NCBI GenBank assembly: GCA_024408015.1
Contig: JAKSVJ010000001.1
Location: forward strand, 1 to 30,104
Reading direction: 5' to 3'
DNA from: Clostridia bacterium
GTDB lineage: Bacteria > Bacillota > Clostridia > Oscillospirales > CAG-272
DNA length: 30,104 bases
In this document: positions 17,933 to 26,887 of the stretch, one piece after another
Position numbering within the stretch: position 1 is the stretch's first letter
How the letters are laid out: each line of letters opens with the position of its first letter
The notes under the pieces: generated by a model
The model's database searches: none
The model's input: only the letters and a program-made list of their open reading frames with translations
Told to the model about the DNA's origin: nothing
Translations under genes and position numbers: made by a program

Positions 17933-19378
17933 ATGAAGAAATTTCTTGATGACAATTTTTTAATTGATAATGAAATTGGAGAGCTTTTGTACGAGAATTA
18001 TGCAAAAGATATGCCAATTATCGACTATCACTGTCATGTAAACCCAGCAGAGATCGCTGATAACAAAAAGTATAAAAATATTACAGAGGTGTGGCTCGGC
18101 GGTGATCACTACAAATGGCGTGCTATGCGTTCTTGTGGCATTCCTGAAAGAGTTATTACAGGCAATTCAACAGATGAAGAAAAATTCAAAGCGTTCTGTT
18201 CTGCAATGCCTTATCTCATAGGAAATCCAATGTACCATTGGTCACATTTGGAATTGAAGAGATACTTTGATTATGATGGCATCATTTGCCCTGAAAACAG
18301 TGATGAAATTTGGAAATTAACACAAGAAAAATTAGCTGAAGATAGCATGAGCGTTCGTGGCATCATTTCAAGATCAAATGTTGCACTTTTGTGTACAACT
18401 GATGATCCTGCTGACGATTTGGCTAACCATATTAAAATTGCAGAGGACAAATCCTTCACAACAAAAGTATTGCCTGCATTCAGACCAGACAATGCGATGA
18501 AAATTCAAAAACCAGGTTTCAAAGCATATATTGAAAAGCTTTCAGCTGTAGTTGGTGTTGAAATCAAGGATTTCAAGACACTTGGTGATGTATTAGCTAG
18601 TAGAATTCAATACTTTAATGTTCTTGGCTGTAAAACAGCTGACCATGGTATGGATGACTATTATCTCTATGATGGAAGTGTACCTAGTGGACAAGCTCTT
18701 TCTATTGCCGATGCTGCTTTCAAGAAAGCAATGAGAGGTGAAGACGTTCCTAATGACCTTGCATTGGTATATAGAAGCGCAATGATTAAGGTTCTTGCTT
18801 CTGAGTACACAAAGTACGGTTGGGTTATGCAACTTCACATGGGAGTTCTCCGTAATACAAACTCTATTATGTTTGCAAATCATGGAGCAGACTTTGGCTA
18901 CGATACAATAGGTTCATTCTCAATTAAGTCATTGGCAGAATTGCTTGATGCTTTGGATAGAGAAGGTATTCTTCCTAAGACTGTTCTTTATTCAATTAAT
19001 CCTAATGACAATGCTGCTCTTGCAACATTGATTGGCTGCTTCCAACACACAAGTGAAGAGAGTGAAGGCCTTAACAATATGATGAAGATCCAACATGGTT
19101 CAGCATGGTGGTTCAATGATAATAAGAATGGTATGACAGCACAACTTGAGAATCTCGGTAACTTGTCAGCTCTTGGCAAATTTATCGGTATGCTCACAGA
19201 CTCAAGAAGCTTCTTATCATACACAAGACACGAATATTTCCGTAGAGTTCTTTGTAATGTTTTGGGTGGATACGTTGAACGTGGAGAATATCCATGTGAT
19301 ATCGAAACACTCGCTCAAATGGTATGTGATATTTGTTACAACAATACAAAAGATTATTTTGGATTTAACAATATCTAA
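17933..19378 (+). CDS. uxaC: Uronate (glucuronate/galacturonate) isomerase
   Basis: PIIDYHCH, WLGGDHYKWRAMR, NPMYHWSHLELKR, CTTDDP, WWFND, MLTDSRSFLSY. Start moved to ATG 17933 (MKKFLDDNFL), which follows AAGGGT. Confidence 0.96.
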   Translation: MKKFLDDNFLIDNEIGELLYENYAKDMPIIDYHCHVNPAEIADNKKYKNITEVWLGGDHYKWRAMRSCGIPERVITGNSTDEEKFKAFCSAMPYLIGNPMYHWSHLELKRYFDYDGIICPENSDEIWKLTQEKLAEDSMSVRGIISRSNVALLCTTDDPADDLANHIKIAEDKSFTTKVLPAFRPDNAMKIQKPGFKAYIEKLSAVVGVEIKDFKTLGDVLASRIQYFNVLGCKTADHGMDDYYLYDGSVPSGQALSIADAAFKKAMRGEDVPNDLALVYRSAMIKVLASEYTKYGWVMQLHMGVLRNTNSIMFANHGADFGYDTIGSFSIKSLAELLDALDREGILPKTVLYSINPNDNAALATLIGCFQHTSEESEGLNNMMKIQHGSAWWFNDNKNGMTAQLENLGNLSALGKFIGMLTDSRSFLSYTRHEYFRRVLCNVLGGYVERGEYPCDIETLAQMVCDICYNNTKDYFGFNNI

Positions 19379-19390
19379 GAGGTAATTAAA

Positions 19391-20245
19391 ATGGCAAATG
19401 AAGAAAAAGTAAATTCTAGTGAATGTACTCATAACTGTTCAACTTGTTCACAAAGTTGTTCATCAAAGCCACAATTCGCAGAATTAAATAAAATGAGTAA
19501 AGTTGGCAAAGTTATTGCAGTTGTAAGTGGTAAGGGTGGCGTTGGTAAGTCAATGGTATCATCTTTGCTTTCTGCAGAGCTTGCACGTCGTAATCATAAG
19601 GTAGCTATCATGGATGCTGATATTACAGGTCCATCAATTCCAAAGGCCTTCGGACTTCATGATTTATGCATGACTGCTCCTCTTGGTGGTATTCTTCCAC
19701 AGACAACAAGCACAGGAATTGAAGTAATGAGTATCAATCTTCTCATCGAAGATGAAACAGCTCCAGTTGTATGGAGAGGACCAGTTATTGCTGGAACAGT
19801 TAAGCAGTTCTGGACAGATGTAGTTTGGGGTGGAGTAGATACAATGGTTATCGACTGTCCTCCAGGAACAGGTGACGTTCCACTAACAGTATTCCAGTCA
19901 ATTCCAGTTGATGGCATCATCATAGTAACATCTCCACAGGATCTTGTTTCAATGATTGTAACAAAAGCTGTTAATATGGCTAACTTGATGAAGATACCAG
20001 TAATTGGTCTTGTAGAAAACATGAGCTACATTAAGTGTCCTGATTGCGGAAAAGAAATCAAGGTGTTTGGTGAGAGTGGAGTTGATGCTATCGCTGAAAA
20101 ATATGGTATTCCTGTACTTGCTAGAATGCCTATTGATCCAAATCTCACAGCTCTTTGTGACAAAGGTATGATTGAATCTGCTGATGTTGATTATATTACA
20201 CCTGTAGCAGAAGCAGTAGAAAACGTAGTTCCAAGAGTAAAATAG
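19391..20245 (+). CDS. mrp: Mrp/NBP35 (ApbC) Fe-S cluster carrier ATPase
   Basis: GKGGVGKS, DADITGPS, PVVWRGP, DCPPGTGD, GLVENMS..CPDC; N-terminal CTHNCSTCSQSC. Confidence 0.94.
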   Translation: MANEEKVNSSECTHNCSTCSQSCSSKPQFAELNKMSKVGKVIAVVSGKGGVGKSMVSSLLSAELARRNHKVAIMDADITGPSIPKAFGLHDLCMTAPLGGILPQTTSTGIEVMSINLLIEDETAPVVWRGPVIAGTVKQFWTDVVWGGVDTMVIDCPPGTGDVPLTVFQSIPVDGIIIVTSPQDLVSMIVTKAVNMANLMKIPVIGLVENMSYIKCPDCGKEIKVFGESGVDAIAEKYGIPVLARMPIDPNLTALCDKGMIESADVDYITPVAEAVENVVPRVK

Positions 20246-20700
20246 TGAAAAAAGTATTATATGTTTGTTCATCTAATATTCAAAGAAGCGCGATGGCAAG
20301 CATTATAACCAACGAGGTATATGGCAAGGATTATATTGCAGATTCAGCAGGATTATATGCTGAAAAAGGAAAACCGATTTGCTATGATTCTAGAGTCATA
20401 TTACTTAAGTCTGGATATAGTCAGGATGTTTTGAATGCTCATAGTTCAAAACATATCACAGATGAGATGGTTATGGATGCTGATTTGGTGGTCGGTGTTA
20501 CTGAGGGTATTAAGAATACATTAATCGGAATGTATAAGGAATATGAAAGCAAAATAACTTCATTCAGTGAAGATATAGTATCACCGTGCGAAGGCAATGC
20601 AATTGCTTTTGAGGAATGCTTTTATAAGCTTTGTAATCAAATAGAAAAATTATTATATCCGGATGGTTATTCAAGATGGAAATCAAAATCAGAAGAATGA
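20245..20700 (+). CDS. Low-molecular-weight protein Tyr/Arg phosphatase-fold protein (YwlE-like) with a degenerate acid loop
   Basis: GTG start overlapping the mrp stop. P-loop CSSNIQRS (Cx5R), SAGLYA, HSSKHIT, ADLVVG; the DP loop reads DIVSPCEG. Confidence 0.85.
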   Translation: MKKVLYVCSSNIQRSAMASIITNEVYGKDYIADSAGLYAEKGKPICYDSRVILLKSGYSQDVLNAHSSKHITDEMVMDADLVVGVTEGIKNTLIGMYKEYESKITSFSEDIVSPCEGNAIAFEECFYKLCNQIEKLLYPDGYSRWKSKSEE

Positions 20701-21125
20701 CTGTGGATGATGCCAAGAAAGTAAACAAGTTAGAGAATATTTGCTTTGCTGATCCGTGGACTGTAGACGGAATTGTTTCAATGCTAGTTAAGGATTGTTC
20801 TTACTTTTTCGTTGCTGAATGTGATGGCGTTTTTGCTGGATATTCAGAAATGTATATAGTTCTTGATGAGGGTAATGTTTGTAATATTGCAGTACAACCT
20901 GATTATAGAAAGCTTGGCATAGGGCAAAAATTAGTAGAAGCTTTGATTAATGCCGGAAAAGAATTGAATCTCAGCGTTATGATGCTAGAGGTTAGAAAAG
21001 GCAATGAAAAAGCGATTAGATTATATGAAAAATGTGGTTTTGAGCACGTTGGAACGCGAAAAAACTACTATGATCATCCTATTGAGGATGGTTTAATGTA
21101 CAATTATTATTATCGGAAGAATTAG
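20676..21125 (+). CDS. rimI: GNAT N-acetyltransferase, RimI family
   Basis: NIAVQPDYRKLGIG, LEVRKGNEKAIRLYEKCGF, RKNYY. Confidence 0.92.
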   Translation: MEIKIRRMTVDDAKKVNKLENICFADPWTVDGIVSMLVKDCSYFFVAECDGVFAGYSEMYIVLDEGNVCNIAVQPDYRKLGIGQKLVEALINAGKELNLSVMMLEVRKGNEKAIRLYEKCGFEHVGTRKNYYDHPIEDGLMYNYYYRKN

Positions 21126-21127
21126 AA

Positions 21128-22141
21128 ATGTTAATTTTAAGTTTTGAAAGTTCATGTGACGAAACATCCACAGCGGTACTAAAATTTGATGACAATGGAT
21201 TTGTAGCTGTTTTGTCAAACATTGTTGCTTCTCAAATAGAGATACATGCTCGTTATGGTGGTGTCGTACCAGAAATTGCGAGCAGAGCTCATGCTGAGGC
21301 GATTTCAAAAATTACATATGAAGCATTGGAAGTTGCAAATGTAACGATAGATGATATCGATGCTATCGCTGTTACGGCTGAACCTGGACTTATTGGTGCA
21401 TTGCTTGTTGGTGTGAATTTTGCTAAATCTCTTGCATATTCACAAAAAAAGCCATTGATACCAGTAAATCATATGAGAGGTCATATTGCTGCAAACTATA
21501 TCTCAAACCCTGGATTGAAACCACCATATATAGCTATGATTGCTTCAGGTGGTCACACATCAATTGTTAGAGTTGATGATTATAGAGATATGACTGTAAT
21601 TGGAAGTACTAGAGATGACGCGATTGGGGAAGCATTTGATAAAGTAGCACGTGTTATGGGTATGCCATATCCAGGAGGTGCGGCACTTGATAAGCTTGCT
21701 TACCAAGGAAAACCTGTGATTAAGTTCCCATCAGCGGCAATTAAAGATGATACATTAGATTTCTCTTTTTCCGGTATTAAAACAGCAGTGCTCAATTATT
21801 TGAACATAGAAAAACAGAAAGAAAATGAAATTAATGAAGCTGATGTTGCAGCTAGTTTTACAGAAGCGGTTGTAAGTTCAGTTTTAGTGAAATTAAAGGA
21901 AGCATTTGCAAGAAACAAACAAATAAAGAAACTTGTTCTTGCTGGTGGTGTTGCGGCTAATTCACATCTTAGGGATGCTTTGAATCAGTTTTGCATGAAA
22001 AACAAATTGGAATTGTATATGCCAGAGAAGTGTTATTGTGGCGACAATGCTGCGATGATAGGAAGTGCTGCATATTTTGAGTATAAAGCAGGAAATTTTG
22101 CCGATACATCACTCAATGCAAATGCTGTTAGTGAAATATAA
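21128..22141 (+). CDS. tsaD: tRNA t6A37 threonylcarbamoyltransferase
   Basis: ESSCDET, YGGVVPEIASRAH, NHMRGH, SGGHT, TRDDAIGEAFDK, GGVAAN, DNAAMI. Confidence 0.97.
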   Translation: MLILSFESSCDETSTAVLKFDDNGFVAVLSNIVASQIEIHARYGGVVPEIASRAHAEAISKITYEALEVANVTIDDIDAIAVTAEPGLIGALLVGVNFAKSLAYSQKKPLIPVNHMRGHIAANYISNPGLKPPYIAMIASGGHTSIVRVDDYRDMTVIGSTRDDAIGEAFDKVARVMGMPYPGGAALDKLAYQGKPVIKFPSAAIKDDTLDFSFSGIKTAVLNYLNIEKQKENEINEADVAASFTEAVVSSVLVKLKEAFARNKQIKKLVLAGGVAANSHLRDALNQFCMKNKLELYMPEKCYCGDNAAMIGSAAYFEYKAGNFADTSLNANAVSEI

Positions 22142-22158
22142 GTATTATAGGTTGATTT

Positions 22159-23079
22159 ATGAAAATTGATTATGGTTATTCAGTAATTAGTTTACCAGGA
22201 GCAGTAATTGATAAACTTGGTAATGCTAGTGAAAGTGATTTAAAAGTAATAATTGCTATTTGCTCTGGTAGAAGCGAAGAGCATGAAATTTCCGAAACAA
22301 CCGGACTTACAATTGATGAAATTAAGAATTCAATTTCATTTTGGAGAGGAGCCGGTGTTATATCCGGTGATACTGCCACAAAACGCAAACGTATTACACC
22401 CACAGATGGCGCATCAAGAACATATACTGGAGAGGAAATTGAAAAAATTGTTGAGACTGACAATGAAATTGCTTCTTTAAAGGTTAGATGTGGGGAAATT
22501 CTTGGAATTCAAACATTCACTTTTAGTGAAGTAAGTTCCATTATTTATATGAGAAGAGAACTAGCTCTTGGAGCAGATTATATCTTGTTGTTATGTGCTC
22601 ATTTTGCAAATTATAACAAGGTTTCAATGAGATTCATTGAGAAAACAGCTTTGAACTTACATGATAAAGGTATAACAACAATAGACTCTCTTGAGGCATA
22701 TCTAGAAAAAGATAATAAGTCTCATGATATGGAATATTTGGTAAAAAAATTGTTTGGCTTTGGTGAACGTGAACTAACAAATAAAGAAAAACAGTTTATT
22801 TCTACTTGGTCAAACGACTGGAATATATCAGACGATTTAATCAAAAAAGCATTCGATGAGATGATTGCAAATACTCAAAAACCAAACATGGCATATATGA
22901 ATGCAATTTTGAACAATTGGATTATGTCTAGTATTGAAACACCGGAGCAGGTTGAAGAATCTAAAGCTAAATATAAAACGAGTACATCAAAAGCAAAAGG
23001 CGGTGCAAAAACACCAGGATTTGATCTTGATGAATTCTTTAATGATGCCGTTGCTAGAGGCAAAAATAGCGAGAATTAA
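22159..23079 (+). CDS. dnaD: DnaD/DnaB-like primosomal protein (winged helix plus two DnaB_2-like domains)
   Basis: N-terminal ...EIKNSISFWRGAGVI; C-terminal AYMNAILNNW (YxxxIxxxW); directly upstream of the loader ATPase. Confidence 0.8.
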   Translation: MKIDYGYSVISLPGAVIDKLGNASESDLKVIIAICSGRSEEHEISETTGLTIDEIKNSISFWRGAGVISGDTATKRKRITPTDGASRTYTGEEIEKIVETDNEIASLKVRCGEILGIQTFTFSEVSSIIYMRRELALGADYILLLCAHFANYNKVSMRFIEKTALNLHDKGITTIDSLEAYLEKDNKSHDMEYLVKKLFGFGERELTNKEKQFISTWSNDWNISDDLIKKAFDEMIANTQKPNMAYMNAILNNWIMSSIETPEQVEESKAKYKTSTSKAKGGAKTPGFDLDEFFNDAVARGKNSEN

Positions 23080-23099
23080 TTACAAAGGGGATAAAATCT

Positions 23100-24065
23100 A
23101 TGTCACTAAATGGTTCTAATGTTAGCCGTGTTATGAATGAATTCGGTGAAAAAAGAAGACATGCTGAATCAGTTGCTGATGAACGCAAGGAATCATTATA
23201 TTTGATATTTCCAGAGCTCAAAGCAATAGATGGCGAACTCAAATCTACCGCATTTAAGATTTTTTCAGAATCAGTCAAAGGTAGAGAAGGTTTGGACAAA
23301 AGAATCAATGACCTAAAAGAGGAAACACAAGCCCTTGTTAGGAAAAGACAAGAAATTTTGATTACTGCAGGACTCCCAAAAGATTTTGATTCACCTCATT
23401 ATGAATGCAAACGTTGTTCAGATATTGGATATTTAAAAGATGGAACAATGTGTGATTGTTTTAAGAATGCTTTGAAGTTGATTGGATACGAAACTAGTGG
23501 TATGGGAAAACTCATTTCAAAACAAAGTTTTGATAATTTCTCATTGGATTTCTATCATGGTGACGATTTGGCGATTATGAAAGATAATCTTCAAAGAGCA
23601 AAGTCATATGCTGAATCTTTTGATCTTGAAAACACACACAATATGTTGTTTATGGGAACAACAGGCCTTGGAAAAACACATTTGTCTAGCTCAATTGCAA
23701 AATCAGTAATTGATAAGGGATATAACGTGGTTTACGAAAGCTCACAAAATATTTTCTCTGCATTTGAGAAAGAGCAGTTTAATAAAGGCGAAGCTGTTGA
23801 CACCAAGAAATATTTCGAGTGTGATTTGCTAATTATTGATGACTTGGGCACAGAAGTAACAAATCAATTCACAGTTTCTTGGTTATACAATCTTATCAAC
23901 ACAAGAATAATTAACGATAAGAGTATGCTCATTTCAACAAATGTAAAAAAAGAAGAATTGCTTGAAAGATATTCCGATAGAATAGTATCTAGATTGTTTG
24001 GCGAATTTGAGATTTGCTTATTCAATGGAACTGATGTAAGAAAGCAAAAATTACAAAGAAGATAA
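23100..24065 (+). CDS. dnaC: DnaC/DnaI-like helicase-loader AAA+ ATPase
   Basis: Zn-binding CKRC...CDC, Walker A GTTGLGKT, Walker B LLIIDDLGTE, STN, RIVSRL. Confidence 0.87.
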   Translation: MSLNGSNVSRVMNEFGEKRRHAESVADERKESLYLIFPELKAIDGELKSTAFKIFSESVKGREGLDKRINDLKEETQALVRKRQEILITAGLPKDFDSPHYECKRCSDIGYLKDGTMCDCFKNALKLIGYETSGMGKLISKQSFDNFSLDFYHGDDLAIMKDNLQRAKSYAESFDLENTHNMLFMGTTGLGKTHLSSSIAKSVIDKGYNVVYESSQNIFSAFEKEQFNKGEAVDTKKYFECDLLIIDDLGTEVTNQFTVSWLYNLINTRIINDKSMLISTNVKKEELLERYSDRIVSRLFGEFEICLFNGTDVRKQKLQRR

Positions 24066-24070
24066 AATTC

Positions 24071-24090
24071 AGTCGGCAGCAATGCCGACT
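24071..24090 (+). other. GNRA-capped hairpin between dnaC and birA (weak terminator or processing element)
   Basis: AGTCGGCA-GCAA-TGCCGACT followed only by TTGTACATGTTTT. Confidence 0.55.
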
Positions 24091-24117
24091 TTGTACATGT
24101 TTTGGGACGATAATTTA

Positions 24118-24855
24118 ATGATAGATAAATACAATATTATTAGATATGACACTATAGGTTCAACTAATACCGAACTATATAAAATGGCTATAGATGGTGC
24201 TAAAGAATGGACAGTCGTTATAGCCAATGAACAAACAGCCGGCAAGGGAAGAATGGGTAGATCGTTTGAATCACCGATGAACACTGGCGTATATATGTCA
24301 ATCCTGTTGAGACCAACAATGCCATCAAATGAAGCAATATATATTACGGTAGCATCAGCTTGTGCTGCAGCTAAAGCTATAGAAGACATTTCTAATAAAA
24401 AGGCCGAAATAAAATGGGTCAATGATATTTTTGTGAATGACAAAAAAGTTTGCGGAATATTGGCTGAATCACAATTCACACGCGAAGGAAATATGGATTT
24501 CGTTATACTTGGAATAGGTGTTAATATATTTGAACCAATTAATGATTTTTCAAGTGATGTTAAAAAAATAGCAGGCGGCATTCTTGAAAGTGGAGACCCC
24601 AAAAAGAAAGATGAATTTGTCGAACAATTTTTGAAGTATTTTTCAAATTATTATGAGACCGGTTTAAAGAGTTCATTTGAAGAATATAAAAACCGTTCGT
24701 ATTTAATTGGACATGATGTTGAAATCATTGATGATGAAAATAAATATTTCGCCCATGTAGTAGATATTGATGATAAGTGTGGACTTGTCATAAAAGACGA
24801 AACAGGAAAAACAACCACTCATTACTGGGGTAGCATGAGAATAAGGAGAATATAA
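24118..24855 (+). CDS. birA: Biotin-protein ligase without an N-terminal HTH (group I BirA)
   Basis: STN, QTAGKGRMGR, KWVNDI, KKVCGIL, GIGVN. Start moved to 24118 because ATG 24082 lies inside the hairpin. Confidence 0.92.
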   Translation: MIDKYNIIRYDTIGSTNTELYKMAIDGAKEWTVVIANEQTAGKGRMGRSFESPMNTGVYMSILLRPTMPSNEAIYITVASACAAAKAIEDISNKKAEIKWVNDIFVNDKKVCGILAESQFTREGNMDFVILGIGVNIFEPINDFSSDVKKIAGGILESGDPKKKDEFVEQFLKYFSNYYETGLKSSFEEYKNRSYLIGHDVEIIDDENKYFAHVVDIDDKCGLVIKDETGKTTTHYWGSMRIRRI

Positions 24856-24856
24856 A

Positions 24857-25933
24857 TTGATTAAGAATGATTTAAAACCGACTGATTTAAAAACGTCAGA
24901 TTTTAATTTTGATTTGCCACAAGAACTAATTGCGCAGCATCCATATCAAAAAAGAGATAGCGCAAGACTTATGGTTTTAGATAGAAGCAATCAGTCAATT
25001 GAACATAAAGTTTTCTCTGATGTTATTGATTATTTAAACCCAGGAGATACATTGGTCATCAATGATTCGAAAGTTATTCCTGCGAGAATTTACGGAAGAA
25101 AAATTGTTGATGGCGAAGAGAGTGCAAATTGTGAATTCGTCTTATTAAGACAAAAATCGCTCGATACATGGGAAACTTTGGTAAAGCCGGGAAGAAGACT
25201 AAAAGAACGCGCCGTTGTGTCATTTGGTGATGGCATTTTAACTGCAACAGTAAAAGAAATAGTTGATGATGGCAATCGTATAGTTGAATTTAGTTATGAT
25301 CGTTCAAATGGAAAAACTCTATACTCCATTCTTGACGAAATCGGTAAAATGCCACTTCCACCATATATAGTTGAAGAGTTACAAAACAATGATGATTATC
25401 AAACTGTATATGCAAGAGAACTTGGTAGTGCAGCTGCCCCAACAGCGGGACTTCATTTTACTCCGGAATTACTTGAAAAAATAAAGGAAAAGGGCATTAA
25501 TGTCGTGCCTGTAATGTTACATGTTGGTCTCGGAACTTTTAGACCGGTCAAAGTTGACAGTATAACTGAACATGTAATGCACAGTGAGTTTTTCTCAGTG
25601 AGTGAGGAAAGCGCTAAGATAATAAATGAAACAAAGAAAAACGGCAAAAGAGTAATTGCCGTTGGAACAACATCATGTAGAACTCTCGAGAGTGCTACTG
25701 ATGAAAATGGTATTATTAAAGCAATGGAAGATGACACTGGAATATTCATTTATCCTGGATATAAATTTAAAATGGTTGATGCTCTTATCACTAACTTCCA
25801 TTTGCCTGAAAGCACATTGATTATGCTTGTTTCTGCTTTGGCAGGAAAAGAGTATGTAGCTAAAGCATATGCTGAAGCTATTGATAACAAATATAAGTTT
25901 TTCTCATTTGGAGATGCAATGCTCATTAAGTAA
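24857..25933 (+). CDS. queA: S-adenosylmethionine:tRNA ribosyltransferase-isomerase
   Basis: TTG start after AGGAG. LPQELIAQHP, MPLPPYI, YQTVYA, SAAAPTAGLHF, HVGLGTF, VGTT, TNFHLP, FFSFGDAM. Confidence 0.97.
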   Translation: MIKNDLKPTDLKTSDFNFDLPQELIAQHPYQKRDSARLMVLDRSNQSIEHKVFSDVIDYLNPGDTLVINDSKVIPARIYGRKIVDGEESANCEFVLLRQKSLDTWETLVKPGRRLKERAVVSFGDGILTATVKEIVDDGNRIVEFSYDRSNGKTLYSILDEIGKMPLPPYIVEELQNNDDYQTVYARELGSAAAPTAGLHFTPELLEKIKEKGINVVPVMLHVGLGTFRPVKVDSITEHVMHSEFFSVSEESAKIINETKKNGKRVIAVGTTSCRTLESATDENGIIKAMEDDTGIFIYPGYKFKMVDALITNFHLPESTLIMLVSALAGKEYVAKAYAEAIDNKYKFFSFGDAMLIK

Positions 25934-25942
25934 GAGGTAATT

Positions 25943-26887
25943 ATGTCATTCGTTGTTGCTGTAACCGGACCTACCGCTTCGGGAAAAAGTTCTTTAACTT
26001 TAAAACTATGCAAAAAGTATAATGGCGAACTTGTGTCATTTGACTCTATGCAAATATATAAAGACATGAATATTGGAACAGCTAAGCCATCTATTGAAGA
26101 ACAACAAGAAGTTGTTCATCACATGATTGATATATGTGATCCTGATGAAAAATATTCCACAGCAGATTTTGTTAATAGAGCAGCTTTAGAAATTGATGGA
26201 ATATTAAAAGATAATAAGAATGCATTCATTTGTGGTGGAACTGGATTATATTTAGACAGCTATATAAATGATAGAGATTTCTCAAATAATGGAGCTGATA
26301 CAGAGCTTAGAGACTCACTTCAAAAAATTGCTGATGAGAATGGAAATGAAACTCTTCATAAGATGCTAGAAGAATTAGATCCTATAGCTGCAGAAAACAT
26401 TCATGCAAACAATGTAAAGCGTGTTATACGAGCAATTGAGATTTGCAAAACTAGTGGCATGACTAAAACTGAATGGGATAGAAAAGCAGACTCTAATCCA
26501 AAGAGAAAAGTAACAAAAATCATCTTGGATTTTCATGATAGAGATGTTTTATACAATCGTATAAATGCCCGAGTTGACCAGATGATTACTGAAGGTTTGG
26601 TATCTGAGACAAGTTCATTAAATGAAAGACATGTTTTTGAAAATAATAGCACAGCATCACAGGCAATTGGATATAAAGAAATACTTCCATTCATATATGG
26701 AGAAGCTTCTCTTGAAGATTCTGTAGAGACTTTAAAAACAGCTACAAGAAGATATGCTAAGAGACAGCTAACTTGGCTTAACAAAGATACTGGAATAAGG
26801 TTTTATGTGGACGATTACAAAAACGGGGAAGACTTGTTTGTTGACGTTTGTAAAGTAATCGACGAGATTGTTGCAGGTGAACAATGA
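25943..26887 (+). CDS. miaA: tRNA dimethylallyltransferase
   Basis: GPTASGKS, DSMQIYK.MNIGTAKP, GGTGLY, QAIGYKE, TRRYAKRQLTW. Confidence 0.97.
   Translation: MSFVVAVTGPTASGKSSLTLKLCKKYNGELVSFDSMQIYKDMNIGTAKPSIEEQQEVVHHMIDICDPDEKYSTADFVNRAALEIDGILKDNKNAFICGGTGLYLDSYINDRDFSNNGADTELRDSLQKIADENGNETLHKMLEELDPIAAENIHANNVKRVIRAIEICKTSGMTKTEWDRKADSNPKRKVTKIILDFHDRDVLYNRINARVDQMITEGLVSETSSLNERHVFENNSTASQAIGYKEILPFIYGEASLEDSVETLKTATRRYAKRQLTWLNKDTGIRFYVDDYKNGEDLFVDVCKVIDEIVAGEQ

Noticed and set aside
20676-20700. Frameshift-split fusion of the phosphatase-fold gene and rimI
   Set aside because: Both ORFs are full-length for their families, rimI has its own ATG, and there is no slippery heptamer. The 25-nt overlap is adequately explained by translational coupling.
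22159-24065. Phage- or ICE-type replication module (DnaD-like plus IstB/DnaC ATPase)
   Set aside because: It is embedded among tsaD, birA and queA with no transposase (IstA) or phage genes. This fits the ordinary clostridial primosome/helicase-loader pair.
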